Positions 10,175-20,922 are shown, counted from the stretch's first letter. The stretch: DNA of 39,984 bases from an uncultured Verrucomicrobiota bacterium (GCA_964617565.1 CAZTYH010000006.1:1748-41731), one strand, 5' to 3'. The notes: generated from the letters alone by a model not told the origin. A program made the numbers and translations.

Positions 10175-10807
10175 CTATTCGATCAATCCCTGTTCGAGTA
10201 CGAAGCGGATAAGGTCCGCCTTGCTGGAAAGCTCGAGCTTTTCCATCACGCGCGCGCGGTAGGTGGTGATGCTTTTTTCGCTCAGGTTGAGCTGGTAGGC
10301 GATCTCCTTGACAGACATGCCGCTGCCGAGAAGGATCATCACCTGGAACTCTCTTTCCGACAGGCATTCCAGTGAGCCCTTTTTCTTGCGCCCCCTGAGC
10401 AGTTTCGCCATGCGCGACGCCATGGAGGAAGAAACGTACGTTTCGTTTTCCGAAACGGCGCGCACGGCCTTCAGCAATTCTTCAAACGGAGCGCCTTTGA
10501 CCACAAAGGCATCCGCGCCGCTTTCCATGGCGTGCGTGGCGTAACGGGTGTGGTCATACATCGTCAGCACCACGACTTTGCATTCGGGCAGCGAGTTCTT
10601 GATTTGAGGAATCAGCGTAACGCCGTTGGTGTCGGGGAGCTTCAGGTCCAGAACAATCACGGAGGGGCTGATGGTCGAAAGCTTTTTGAGCAGTTCTTCA
10701 CCGGTTCCGGCTTCACCGACGACCTCTATGTTTTCCTCGCCGGAAAACTTGTCGCGCAATCCATCCCGCAGCATGGCGTGGTCATCCGCGATCATCAGCC
10801 TGATCAT
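10175..10807 (-). CDS. NarL/FixJ-family response regulator (REC + LuxR HTH)
   Basis: MIRLMIADDHAML, phosphoacceptor in VLDLKLP, LSEREFQV...LNLSEKSITTYRARVMEKL. Confidence 0.95.
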   Translation of the reverse strand: MIRLMIADDHAMLRDGLRDKFSGEENIEVVGEAGTGEELLKKLSTISPSVIVLDLKLPDTNGVTLIPQIKNSLPECKVVVLTMYDHTRYATHAMESGADAFVVKGAPFEELLKAVRAVSENETYVSSSMASRMAKLLRGRKKKGSLECLSEREFQVMILLGSGMSVKEIAYQLNLSEKSITTYRARVMEKLELSSKADLIRFVLEQGLIE

Positions 10808-10811
10808 GGAG

Positions 10812-13800
10812 TCATTCCTTTCCCCTTGATTCCGCCGGGACATGAGCGTGGAGAATAGTTCCGCCCTCTTCCGCCGAACGCAATTCGAGACTTCCTCCGC
10901 ATCCTGCAATTCGCTCGCGCATCAGGATAAAGCCAATTCCATGCTCGTGGCCATCCGGCCTTGCATCCAGGCCCTTGCCGTTATCGCGCACTTCAAGCGT
11001 GATTCCGGACGAGTCATTGATAATCTCAACACCCACGCGAGTCGCTTGCGCATGTCGGATCACATTGGTCAGCGCTTCCTGTAGCACACGATACAGGCAT
11101 ATTTCCTCTTTCTTGCTTAATTGCAGAGGGCTGCCCTTGCGGGAAAAAGACACTTCCGCTCCAGAGCTTTCCATGAACTCCTCGGTGAGCGACTCGATGG
11201 CCGACTCAATCCCCAGGTCGTCGAGGATTGGAGGTCGCAACGAGACCGCCAACCGTCGCACCGAATCCAGCGCATCCTTGAGCCGTTGTAGCGCCCGCTG
11301 CAATGATTCGGCAGACTTTTCTTCAGCGCCGCGAACCGACCCCAATTCGAGCTGGGCGAGAGTCAGTAGCTGCCCCAGGTGATCGTGCAGCATTGCGCTG
11401 ATGTCGCGGCGTTCCCGCTCCTGTACTTCGAGCAGCATGGCTGCATAACGCGCGCGCTCCTCTTCGATCTGCTTCCGTTCGCTGATGTCGCGGACGATAG
11501 CCATGACAGCAAGACTTCCCTGCCAGTCGGTTCGCGTGATGGATACTTCCACGGGGATGGCTGAGCCATCGCGGATGACCATGTAAGCTTCAAAGCGGTG
11601 CGCAGGGATGTCTCCGGCCAGGACCTGGTTGAACCGCTTGTAATGAGCCTCCTTGTCGGAGGGGCGGATCAGATCGTCAACCGTTTTGCACATTAACGTC
11701 TCGTGTTCATAGTCCGTAATGTGCGCCATGGCTTCATTTGCATAGACGACCCGAGCCTCGGCGGAAAAAATCGCGATCCCATCAAGCGCATTCCTGGCCA
11801 GTGCGCGGAAGTTTTCTTCGCTCTGTTTTACGGCTTGCTCGGCGTGCATGCGGTCGGTCACATCCCGCGAGAAGCCAAGGACCTCCACGACCCGGCCTTC
11901 CCGGTTCTTGATCGGCACCAGGCGTGTGTCAATCCAGACGTCGCCATGAGGCATATGTTCCGGCACCGCCGTTGTAAGAAGTTCGCCCGTCTCGACCACG
12001 CGGCGGATGGAGGCACTGTGGCGCGCTGCGATATCCGGGGCAAACAGGTCTGCCTGGCTCTTGCCGACCAGTTGCTGAGGGTCCGCTCGAAATTGGCGGG
12101 CGCCCTGTTGGTTGACATAGAGCACACGGCCCTCAGGGTCGCACAAATAGATCATGTCCGGCGCGCCCTCCGCAAGAGTGCGGTAACGCTCTTCGCTTTC
12201 GCGCAGGGCTTCTTCCTGTTTCTTCCGTCCGGTAATGTCAATGGCGATACCCCTTATGCCGATCGGTTTCCCGTTGCGCATGATCGGCACGGCATAGAGA
12301 AGGATGGGGAATCGCGTGCCGTCCTTTCGCACGGCGGTGTATTCGTGAGCTGTCTTATCGCCTTCAAAGCGCAAGCGCATCCCTTCGCGCATCCGGTCAC
12401 GCTCTTCGGGAATGACGATATCGAAGCAGGAGCTTGCATGGGCCTCCTCGTGCGAGTAGCCCCACGCCTCAAGAGCGATTTTATTGATAAATGTGATATG
12501 CCCTTCCATGTCCACTTCGAATACCGTCTGGGGCATCATCTCGGCGAACTCACGGAAACGCAGCTCGCTTTCCTGCAGGGCGGTTTCCGCCGCGTGCCGC
12601 TCGGTGATGTCGAGCAGGATGCCCTGGAAGTGCGTGATGGCGCCTTCCGCGTTCCGGACCGCACGCGTATGATCCTCGATCCATCGGGTTTTGCCTGACT
12701 TGCTGATAAGCCGATATCTCTGCACGAATTCATCCACACCCTTACGGATATTTTCGGCGACATCTTTCTCCAGCCAGGGCACGTCGTCTGGATGAGTGAT
12801 CCCCGGCCAGGAGACCCGGCCTGAAAGAAAATCGTCCGCCGTGTATTCAAGCATCCGCTGCACGTTGCGGGAGACGAAATCCACCGGCCAGCCTTCAGCC
12901 ACGCGCCACACGAAGACAACCAGAGGACTGCGATTGATGGTGGCCTCGAGATCTTCCAGGTGCGAAAGCGCGGCCTGCAGCGATTCCGTGGCCCGGCGCC
13001 GTTCCGATTCCACGCGCGAGCGTTCGGTCACGTCTTCGATAACGCCATCTACCCAATCCATGCGGCCCGTTGAGTCGTAATGGGCCTTTGCCGAGAGCGA
13101 AGCGATGATCGGGGTTCCATCTTTCTTCTTCAGATGCAGTGTGAATTCACGCACACTGCCTTCACGCGCAAGCAAATCCATCAGGCTGGAACGCTCCGAG
13201 GGATTTTGGTAGAACGAGGGAACGCGCAGGTTCATGATCTCTTCCGTCCGCTCGTATCCGAGGATGCGCGCGTGCGCGGTATTGACCTGGAGCAAGCGTC
13301 CGTCGGTGGTAGTGCGGAAAACGCCGACGGAAAGGTTGTCGAGCAGTGTGCGGTACTGCTCCTCGCGCTCCCGCAACGCCAACTCCACTTTTTTCATATC
13401 CGAAACGTCGCGGATAACTCCGACGACCATCGGCTCGCCCGAGGGAGTCCGGTATAGCGATTTCTTGGTCACAATGGTGCGGGTATCGCCATTGGCCGTG
13501 GTGATCTGCTCTTCGTTGACGTTCTCCCGGCCGGACTCCATCACTTCCCGGTCTTTTGCCATGAAGACTTCCACCTGCTCCTTCGGGAAGAAAAGCTCGT
13601 CGGTCTTCCCCAGCACTTCTTCCCGTGGATGTCCTGTAAGCCGGCACTCGGCCTCGTTGATGAGCACCATGCGGTGCAGGTGATCCTTGACAAAAATCGG
13701 ATCCGGAATGGCATCTATAATGTTGTTCAGAAAATCGCGCGATGCGGAGACTTCCTTTTCGGCATTTCGAAGTGCAGTGATGTCGCGTCCGACGGATTGA

Positions 13801-15146
13801 TATTCCCGCACGACGCCAAGCTCGTCGAAAAACGCGCGATTGGTCCACTGGATCCATTTCACGCTGCCGTCTGCGTTGCTTACATCGTTTTCATGAGTGC
13901 CCACGGGATTTGCGGGGGTCAGCCCGGCCAGGTGTTCGGCAACAGCGGCATGTTGCGCCTCGGGGATGAATGAACGGAAATCCGCCCCGATCAATTGATC
14001 GCGCGTCCGGTTGCAGTAGGCGCAGTAAGCTTCGTTGACGAACGTTAGGCGGTAATCCTGTGTGAACCGCGAAATCAGCTCCGTTTGCAGGTTTACAATT
14101 TCGCGATGCAGCGCGTCGCTCTGGCGCAACGCGTCATCGTCACGCCGGTGAAGCAGTGTCCCGCCGATCGCCGATGAAAGCGTGAATAGAATGTGTTTTT
14201 CCTGCTCCGACCATACGCGATCCTTGTTGTGCGCTTCGATCTGCACGAAGCCCCAGCAGCGGCCGCTGATCATGATCGGCACGGCCATGAAAGAGCGTAT
14301 GCCGCGGTTGGTGAACAGCGCGCGTTCTCCTTCCGGCAGCGCGCCCGGCATCCCGGCTACCACATGGCCGGAAAGCAATACGGCGTGCCAGCGGGCCAAT
14401 CCGAGCTGATCGAACGGCACGCTCTGCTGTGCAGGGTCGTTCAGTCGTATTTCATCGGCGGATCCGATCCACTCGCAGCGATGGCAAACGGCCGGCGCAT
14501 GGGTTCTCGGGTGAGGCAGGATTTCGAACACGGCGAGGCGGTCGGCGTCGAGCGCGCGCCCCAGCAGGCTGAGCGCGCCGCCAAGCACGGAAAGCCGGTC
14601 GCTGCGCGCGTGCAGCAATGCCGCTGCCTGCGCGCTGGCTTCCAGCAGCGCATCTTTACGCAGAGATTCTTCATGTTCGCGGAAAACGCGGATTGCGTGA
14701 GATACGGCGCGGAACATGGACTCCGGCGTGATGCGATCCTTCGACAGGTAATCCCCCGCGCCCGTCTTCAGGAGTTCCACGACCAGCGCTTCATCGCCGT
14801 AGCCCGTCGTGACGACGATGGGGACGCGCAGCCCGCGGCTGCGCAGCTCGCGGAGGAAGTCCACGCTCTTGCCGTCGGGCAGGAGATGGTCGAGAATGAC
14901 GACGCTGAAGGGGCCGGCGCGCAGCTTCTCCATCGCTGCGGCCAGTGACTCGACTTCCTCGATTTCGGCTTTGAACTTGCAGGAGCGGAGCGCCGTGCAG
15001 ACATTCAGGCGGTCAACAGAATCGTCATCCACCACGAGGATCTTGAGCGAAGTTGTTGCGACCGACTCGTCGGCCGCGGGCGGAGAAGCAAGAGAGCCGC
15101 CTTTCGATTTTCTGCGATTCGTGCTTTTACCCTGGGAGTTTTCCAC
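10812..15146 (-). CDS. Cytoplasmic hybrid sensor histidine kinase: REC-GAF-7xPAS-HisKA_3-HATPase
   Basis: N-terminal ILVVDDD...LDHLLPD receiver domain, GAF (SFMAVPIMISGRCWGF), seven PAS/PAC repeats ending RDIT/RDVS/EDVT etc., H-box ERRDISAMLHDHLGQ, QEALTNVIRHA, DNGKG. No transmembrane segment seen. Confidence 0.93.
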   Translation of the reverse strand: MENSQGKSTNRRKSKGGSLASPPAADESVATTSLKILVVDDDSVDRLNVCTALRSCKFKAEIEEVESLAAAMEKLRAGPFSVVILDHLLPDGKSVDFLRELRSRGLRVPIVVTTGYGDEALVVELLKTGAGDYLSKDRITPESMFRAVSHAIRVFREHEESLRKDALLEASAQAAALLHARSDRLSVLGGALSLLGRALDADRLAVFEILPHPRTHAPAVCHRCEWIGSADEIRLNDPAQQSVPFDQLGLARWHAVLLSGHVVAGMPGALPEGERALFTNRGIRSFMAVPIMISGRCWGFVQIEAHNKDRVWSEQEKHILFTLSSAIGGTLLHRRDDDALRQSDALHREIVNLQTELISRFTQDYRLTFVNEAYCAYCNRTRDQLIGADFRSFIPEAQHAAVAEHLAGLTPANPVGTHENDVSNADGSVKWIQWTNRAFFDELGVVREYQSVGRDITALRNAEKEVSASRDFLNNIIDAIPDPIFVKDHLHRMVLINEAECRLTGHPREEVLGKTDELFFPKEQVEVFMAKDREVMESGRENVNEEQITTANGDTRTIVTKKSLYRTPSGEPMVVGVIRDVSDMKKVELALREREEQYRTLLDNLSVGVFRTTTDGRLLQVNTAHARILGYERTEEIMNLRVPSFYQNPSERSSLMDLLAREGSVREFTLHLKKKDGTPIIASLSAKAHYDSTGRMDWVDGVIEDVTERSRVESERRRATESLQAALSHLEDLEATINRSPLVVFVWRVAEGWPVDFVSRNVQRMLEYTADDFLSGRVSWPGITHPDDVPWLEKDVAENIRKGVDEFVQRYRLISKSGKTRWIEDHTRAVRNAEGAITHFQGILLDITERHAAETALQESELRFREFAEMMPQTVFEVDMEGHITFINKIALEAWGYSHEEAHASSCFDIVIPEERDRMREGMRLRFEGDKTAHEYTAVRKDGTRFPILLYAVPIMRNGKPIGIRGIAIDITGRKKQEEALRESEERYRTLAEGAPDMIYLCDPEGRVLYVNQQGARQFRADPQQLVGKSQADLFAPDIAARHSASIRRVVETGELLTTAVPEHMPHGDVWIDTRLVPIKNREGRVVEVLGFSRDVTDRMHAEQAVKQSEENFRALARNALDGIAIFSAEARVVYANEAMAHITDYEHETLMCKTVDDLIRPSDKEAHYKRFNQVLAGDIPAHRFEAYMVIRDGSAIPVEVSITRTDWQGSLAVMAIVRDISERKQIEEERARYAAMLLEVQERERRDISAMLHDHLGQLLTLAQLELGSVRGAEEKSAESLQRALQRLKDALDSVRRLAVSLRPPILDDLGIESAIESLTEEFMESSGAEVSFSRKGSPLQLSKKEEICLYRVLQEALTNVIRHAQATRVGVEIINDSSGITLEVRDNGKGLDARPDGHEHGIGFILMRERIAGCGGSLELRSAEEGGTILHAHVPAESRGKE

Positions 15147-15325
15147 GACGCGTTTTCCCCTCTGAATTCACGCATGCCGACAAGGCAAGGCTTCCCGGCA
15201 CATCCCTGCGGACATACATAAACGACCCGCAGATCAAAAGCCAGCGCTTATTAGCGCTCCGCATAATGACATTGACTCTCCGCGATACTCCAAGTACATG
15301 GAAACGGTCCGGTTGGGAGGTTTGA

Positions 15326-18300
15326 ATGAGCGATCTGCAGCCTGAATATCGTTTTGAAGCCGACGGTTCTTTCACGATCCGGAATTACAACATGGCGTCG
15401 CCGTTCGGCAGTTTTCTGCCGGGTGTAGCCGGGCCTTGGGGTATCCCGATGTGGGCTTTTTACGTGAATCGCGGGCAGGGAATCTGCAGCTTCGGCCTGC
15501 GTGACAAGGATCATCCCATCGCCGAATTCGTTTCCGCCAACTGGGCGTTCCAACTGGTCTATCGCCAGGGCTTCCAGACCTTCCTGAAAATTTTCGACAA
15601 GGCGGGCATCCGGCACCATGAGCCGTTCCAGGTGCAATGCAACGCAAACGGCGAATCCGCGCAACTCATGGAAGTACGCCCGGAGGAGCTCTCGCTTCTC
15701 GAAATAGGTTCTGCAAGCGGGATCGAGACCGCGGTCCGCTATTTCACGCTCCCGCAGGAATCGCTCGGCGCACTCGTGCGCTCGGTGCGGATCAGGAATC
15801 TTTCGGACAAGCCCGTTTCCCTCCAGATGCTCGATGGCCTTTCGCTGATCATTCCTTATGGTTTGAATAACTTCTCGATCAAGGAAATGCGCTACATCGC
15901 GCAGTCGCACGCGGAAGTGATCGGCCTCGCCGAGCGCACGCCGGGATTCCGAACCAAGGCCACCTCCGACGATTCCACGGTGGTCGAGGCTGTGTCGGGT
16001 GTGAATTTCTGTTTCGGATACGAAGCCGGCGCGCCGGACCGGTTGCTTCAGCCGATCGTGGATCCCGCAGCGGTATATGGTCCCGCCACGGATCTCAGCC
16101 GCCCGGTTCTGTTTCTCAAGCCGGAGCCTTACCGCGCGCCGGGCGACCAGATGACGGAGAATCAACTTCCCTGCGGCCTGCTGCTCGCGGAGTTTGCCCT
16201 CGAGCCCGGCGCCGAAAAGACGTTTCACATGTTCTACGGATATGCGCCGTCACCCGCGCCACTCGCCGATTTCGTTCGCCACGCGCGCGATGAGACCTAC
16301 GTTGAACAAGCGAGACGGCAGAACAGCGCATTGATACGGAAATTGACGCAACCCTGCGCGATGGTTTCTTCGCACGGCACGCTCGACGCTTATGCACGGC
16401 AGAACCTGCTCGATAATCTCATGCGTGGCGGCAGCCCGACCACCGTGGGCCGTTCGGCGGACGGCCGGCCGATCGTGCTTTCGCTTTACACGCGCAAGCA
16501 CGGCGACCTGGAGCGCGATTACAACTACTTCATCATCGAGCCGACCTTCTTTTCACAGGGCGAAAGCAATTACCGCGATGTGAATCAGAACCGCCGTCAC
16601 GATGTGTTCATGAACCCGGATGTCGGCGCCTCGGATATCGTGTTCTTCATGAACCTGATTCAGCCGGACGGCTTCAACCCCATGCTCGTGCAGCCGAAGA
16701 AGCTGTTGTGCCGCGAAACCGCCGCGCTGCGGAAAACGGCGCAGAGGATCGCCGGCCGCCATGCGGCCTGGTTCCTCAAGCACGTCACGCGCGAGTTCGA
16801 GCTTGGGCGATTGTTGACCGATATGGCGGCGCGGGGCATGGACCGCGGCCGGCGCGAGGATGTCATCGCGGATATCCTCCAGCATGCCGAGCCGGTCGAG
16901 GCTTCTCTACATGGACACGGCTACTGGACGGATCATTGGACGTACAACATGGACCTGCTCGAATCCTTCCGGGGAATCTTCCCGGAGAAGGTGAGCGATC
17001 TGCTGTTTCGGCGCAGGGAGTTCACCTATTGCGATTCGCATGTGCTGGTGAAACCCCGCTCGAAGAAATACGTGCTGCTGAAAGGCGCGCCGTGCCAGCT
17101 CAACAGCTTGGACGTGGACGAGGCGAAAGAACAGTTGATCCGTTCACGCCAGACGCGGCCTTATGCGGTCAGGACGCGACAGGGGAAGGGCCGCGTCTAT
17201 ACCACGACGCTCGCCTCCAAGCTGCTCGGGCTTGCCGCCGTGAAGCTCGCTTCGCTCGACTTCTGCGGCATGGGCATCGAGATGGAGGCGGATCGCCCGA
17301 ACTGGTACGACGCGTTGAACGGACTGCCCGGTTGCTTCGGGTCGTCGTTGAGCGAGACACTGGAGTTGAAGCGTCTGCTCCTGCTCCTTCGCGAATCAGC
17401 GGAGGCCGCGCCGCGCAATTACCCGTGGGCCCTCCCGGTGGAATTCGGCGATCTGATCGCCGGCTTGCACCGCCTGCTGCGCGCCCGGAACGGAGGCGAC
17501 CGGCGCCGCCGCGCGTTCCGCTTCTGGGACGCCGCTTCGACGTTGAAGGAGAAATTCCGCGCGCGCGTCCGGATTGGCTTCGCGGGCGCGGAGAAGAAAA
17601 TCGCCGCCGCAACGGTTGCGGACTTCATTGATCGCGCGCTGGCGCACGTGGAAGCCGGAATCGCGGCCGCGCGCGACCGGAAGACCGGACTTTATCATAC
17701 TTATTTCCGGTACGAGATTACCCGGTGGAAGCCGGGACCCGTCGTGGACGGGCATCCGACCTTTACGCCGCTCGTGGTCCGGCAGATCCGACTGCCGCTG
17801 TTTCTCGAAGGGCAAGTGCACGCCCTGCGGCTGGAGCGGAACACGCGAAAGGCTTCGGAGCTGGTGCGATCCGTCAGGCGCAGCAGCCTGTTCGACAAGA
17901 CCCTGAGCATGTACAAGGTAAACGCCGACGTGTCACGCGAACCCATTTCCATCGGACGCACCCGCACCTTTGCGCGCGGCTGGCTGGAAAACGAGTCGGT
18001 CTGGCTGCATATGGAGTATAAGTACCTGCTTGAAATGCTGCGCAGCGGGCTCGCGCAGGAATTTTTTGAGGACTTCCGCCATTGCGCGATTCCGTTCCTG
18101 GATCCGAAAGTGTACGGACGCAGCACCACGGAAAACTCGTCGTTCATTGTCAGCGAGGTGTATCCCGACCGGAAGCAGGTGGGGAAGGGGTTCATGGCGC
18201 GGCTCAGCGGAGCGACCGCCGAATTCATTCACATGTGGATCTACATGTGCGCGGGCGAAAGGCCGTTCCGGGTGAACGCCGGCGGTTCGCTTGAAGCCGT

Positions 18301-18622
18301 ATTGCAGCCCACGCTTCCGTCATGGTTGTTCACGTCGGAACCACGACGCATGGAGCTGATGGGCGCAGATGGAAAGCCAACGTCCTACGAGGTGCCGCGC
18401 TGCTCATTCGCGTTCATGTTCCTCGGACATACCGCCGTGATCTACACGCAGGAAGGTCCGTGCCGCGACACGTTCGGTCCCGCCGGGGCCGCTATCCGGT
18501 CTCTGCGCCTGACGTTCAACGACGGGCATACCGCGGATATCCGCGGCGCCGTGATTCCGGCCCCGCACGCCGAGGCCCTGCGCAACCGGCAGATTCGCTT
18601 GGTCGAAGCGCGGTTGGGTTGA
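15326..18622 (+). CDS. Large glycoside phosphorylase, most like GH161 (beta-1,3-glucan phosphorylase; GH94/GH149-related)
   Basis: FLPGVAGPWGIPMWAFYVNRGQG, RKHGDLERDYN, NYRDVNQNRR, IQPDGFNP, GYWTDHWTY, WYDALNGLPG, GWLENESVWLHMEYKY, ARLSGATAEF, recognised from GH161-type proteins. No signal peptide. Confidence 0.8.
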   Translation: MSDLQPEYRFEADGSFTIRNYNMASPFGSFLPGVAGPWGIPMWAFYVNRGQGICSFGLRDKDHPIAEFVSANWAFQLVYRQGFQTFLKIFDKAGIRHHEPFQVQCNANGESAQLMEVRPEELSLLEIGSASGIETAVRYFTLPQESLGALVRSVRIRNLSDKPVSLQMLDGLSLIIPYGLNNFSIKEMRYIAQSHAEVIGLAERTPGFRTKATSDDSTVVEAVSGVNFCFGYEAGAPDRLLQPIVDPAAVYGPATDLSRPVLFLKPEPYRAPGDQMTENQLPCGLLLAEFALEPGAEKTFHMFYGYAPSPAPLADFVRHARDETYVEQARRQNSALIRKLTQPCAMVSSHGTLDAYARQNLLDNLMRGGSPTTVGRSADGRPIVLSLYTRKHGDLERDYNYFIIEPTFFSQGESNYRDVNQNRRHDVFMNPDVGASDIVFFMNLIQPDGFNPMLVQPKKLLCRETAALRKTAQRIAGRHAAWFLKHVTREFELGRLLTDMAARGMDRGRREDVIADILQHAEPVEASLHGHGYWTDHWTYNMDLLESFRGIFPEKVSDLLFRRREFTYCDSHVLVKPRSKKYVLLKGAPCQLNSLDVDEAKEQLIRSRQTRPYAVRTRQGKGRVYTTTLASKLLGLAAVKLASLDFCGMGIEMEADRPNWYDALNGLPGCFGSSLSETLELKRLLLLLRESAEAAPRNYPWALPVEFGDLIAGLHRLLRARNGGDRRRRAFRFWDAASTLKEKFRARVRIGFAGAEKKIAAATVADFIDRALAHVEAGIAAARDRKTGLYHTYFRYEITRWKPGPVVDGHPTFTPLVVRQIRLPLFLEGQVHALRLERNTRKASELVRSVRRSSLFDKTLSMYKVNADVSREPISIGRTRTFARGWLENESVWLHMEYKYLLEMLRSGLAQEFFEDFRHCAIPFLDPKVYGRSTTENSSFIVSEVYPDRKQVGKGFMARLSGATAEFIHMWIYMCAGERPFRVNAGGSLEAVLQPTLPSWLFTSEPRRMELMGADGKPTSYEVPRCSFAFMFLGHTAVIYTQEGPCRDTFGPAGAAIRSLRLTFNDGHTADIRGAVIPAPHAEALRNRQIRLVEARLG

Positions 18623-18735
18623 TCCCCCTCACCCCGGCCCAACGGGCCGGGAAGAAACAGGAAAGGTTTTTTATCACAAGGCTTGCTAAAACCAGTGAGA
18701 TACCGGTATCATAAAGCCAAAACAAAGGTTCTTTT

Positions 18736-19764
18736 ATGCCTATGGCTGTAAAAAGAGGTCCGGCGTTGCCGGAGCGTGGCCTTTGTCCCGGCGCCATCCT
18801 GTTGGAGGAGCAGTCGGATTTTGCGGCGTTCAACCGGCAGACCGGCGTGCGCCACGGCCTGTTCATGACGTTCGTTGATTTCCCGGAAGTCGTCGAGCCC
18901 GGCGAGCCGCATTACGGCAAGCTTACGCGCTTTCTCGCAGGATGCCGCGAGGTCCGGGCGATACCCGTGATCACCGTTGAATGCTTTCATGGACTGGATT
19001 CGTACAACGCCGGACAGGTGGCCCGGTTTGCGGAACGCGTGAGCAGGGAGAGTTGGACCGCGCCGATTGTGCGATGGAATCACGAGATGAACGGAAGCTG
19101 GTATCCCTGGGGCCAGCAACCGGAAAAATATGTCGAGCGATTCCGCGAATTCGCCGCCGTGTTGCATCGCGAAGCGCCGGACGCGGCGATGGCATGGACA
19201 CCGAACCAGGGATGGGGCTACCCGTGGCCGGGATGCAAGTTTGCAAATCCGCATCTGTCATCCGGCGATCCCTATACGCCGTATTATCCCGGTGATGATG
19301 TCGTGGATTGGGTGGGGATCAGTTACTACCACTGGGGTGAAACGCGCGGTGCGAACGAGGTGCCGCCGCGAGGCAAGTGGGGACAGGCCCTCGGATTCGG
19401 CAATCCCGTCGGCAATTTTCACGACCTCTTCGCTGCCGCGCATGGGAAGCCGATGATGATCGCGGAAACTTCCGCGCTCTTTGACCTTGGCGACACAAAA
19501 AAAGGTGGAGCGAGCGAGGTGGAGATCAAGTGCGAGTGGATTCGCCAGGTCTACAACATCACCGATGATACACAGCCGCGACTCGACCGGGACCTGCCTT
19601 TACTCAAGGCGATTTTCTGGTTCAGTATTTTGAAGCGTGAGGAAGAAGTGGGTGGAATGGTGGATTGGCGGGTGAGCGAGAATCCGCAGGTCGTGGAGTG
19701 CTACCGATTGGCTGTCTCAGCCGCCGCTGCTTCTCAGGGGCATATCTTGTCTGGCTTGCCATGA
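18736..19764 (+). CDS. Glycoside hydrolase family 26 protein
   Basis: RWNHEMNGSWYPWG (acid/base Glu), YYPGDDVVDWVGISYY, GKPMMIAET (nucleophile Glu). No evident signal peptide. Confidence 0.85.
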   Translation: MPMAVKRGPALPERGLCPGAILLEEQSDFAAFNRQTGVRHGLFMTFVDFPEVVEPGEPHYGKLTRFLAGCREVRAIPVITVECFHGLDSYNAGQVARFAERVSRESWTAPIVRWNHEMNGSWYPWGQQPEKYVERFREFAAVLHREAPDAAMAWTPNQGWGYPWPGCKFANPHLSSGDPYTPYYPGDDVVDWVGISYYHWGETRGANEVPPRGKWGQALGFGNPVGNFHDLFAAAHGKPMMIAETSALFDLGDTKKGGASEVEIKCEWIRQVYNITDDTQPRLDRDLPLLKAIFWFSILKREEEVGGMVDWRVSENPQVVECYRLAVSAAAASQGHILSGLP

Positions 19765-19790
19765 CGAGCATGGCAAAGCCATGCGAGGAA

Positions 19791-19866
<76 letters not shown>

Positions 19867-19881
19867 CCTTGCGAAAGGGAC

Positions 19882-19909
19882 ATACTAAGAAAAAAGCCTT
19901 CGATGTCAA
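19882..19909 (-). promoter_or_regulatory. Sigma70-type promoter for tRNA-Phe
   Basis: Minus strand TTGACA-N16-TAGTAT, 15 nt upstream of the tRNA. Confidence 0.6.
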
Positions 19910-19929
19910 TAACGGGGCGGCGTTATCGC

Positions 19930-20922
19930 TCAATTCACGAACGGGGCGACGATTTGCACATCCGGGAACGCCGCGCGGATCGCGGGTTCGCTATTCTCCA
20001 GGAACAGCAGCTTGATGTTCGGGCCGGCGTCCATCGTGAAAAATACCGGGACCCCTTCTTCGCGCAGGTCGCCGATGCGTTGCATCATGCGCACCGATTC
20101 GGGCAGCCAGTAGAGCAGGGTGGGCCATGCGGCAATCATCGTGGCGTGCATCGCCAGCGCGTTGGATTCCGCGGTCCGGCCCAGGCGCTCGAAATCCTGC
20201 GCGGCGATCGCGCTCTTCAATTCCGCCAGGTCCAGCGCCGCCTTCTCAGGCCACGCCGCGTATAAAGGAGATGTCTCCACGGTATGCTTCATGCCGGGCC
20301 GTGATCCGGTCTTTTTTGTCTGCGCGGATATCGTCAGCAGGCCCATGCGGATTTCCGGCCAACGCGCATTCAGCGGTTCGGCGTAGCTGTCCATGCCGTC
20401 CTCGCGCGAGCCGGCATGCCATTCGACAAATCCATCGTACACCGACCGGCTTGCGCTGCCGCTACCGAGCCGCGCCAGGATCGAAAGCGCCCGCTTGTCC
20501 AATCCCCAGCCGAACAGCTCGTTGAGCGCCGTAACGAGCGCGGCGAAGCCGGATGCGGACGAGGCAAATCCTGCGGCGGTCGGAATCGTGTTTCGTGCGA
20601 TCACGTTGAAGCGGGTCTCCGGAGAGGGGCGGAACAGGTCGAGAAATTCAAACAGGCGTGTGGCGAAAGAAGCTTCGGAGGAAATCACCTGCCCGTTCAA
20701 TTCCACCCGGTCTGATCCTTCGCAGGGAGCGATGACAACTTCAGATCCAAGTGCACCGAGCGAAAGGGAAAGGCTCGATGTGACCGGAAGGTTCAACTCT
20801 TCGTTGCGCTTGCCCCAGTACTTGCACAACGCAATGTTGGCGGGCGCGAAGGTTTTGGCTTCCGCGCGCGGCGTTGCCGGCCGTCCTCTCAAGAGGTTCG
20901 ATACGATGTCCTTCTTCGTCAT
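19930..20922 (-). CDS. mvaD: Diphosphomevalonate decarboxylase
   Basis: APANIALCKYWGKR, PTAAGFASSASGFAAL, ARLGSGSASRS, FTMDAGPNIK. Confidence 0.95.
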   Translation of the reverse strand: MTKKDIVSNLLRGRPATPRAEAKTFAPANIALCKYWGKRNEELNLPVTSSLSLSLGALGSEVVIAPCEGSDRVELNGQVISSEASFATRLFEFLDLFRPSPETRFNVIARNTIPTAAGFASSASGFAALVTALNELFGWGLDKRALSILARLGSGSASRSVYDGFVEWHAGSREDGMDSYAEPLNARWPEIRMGLLTISAQTKKTGSRPGMKHTVETSPLYAAWPEKAALDLAELKSAIAAQDFERLGRTAESNALAMHATMIAAWPTLLYWLPESVRMMQRIGDLREEGVPVFFTMDAGPNIKLLFLENSEPAIRAAFPDVQIVAPFVN

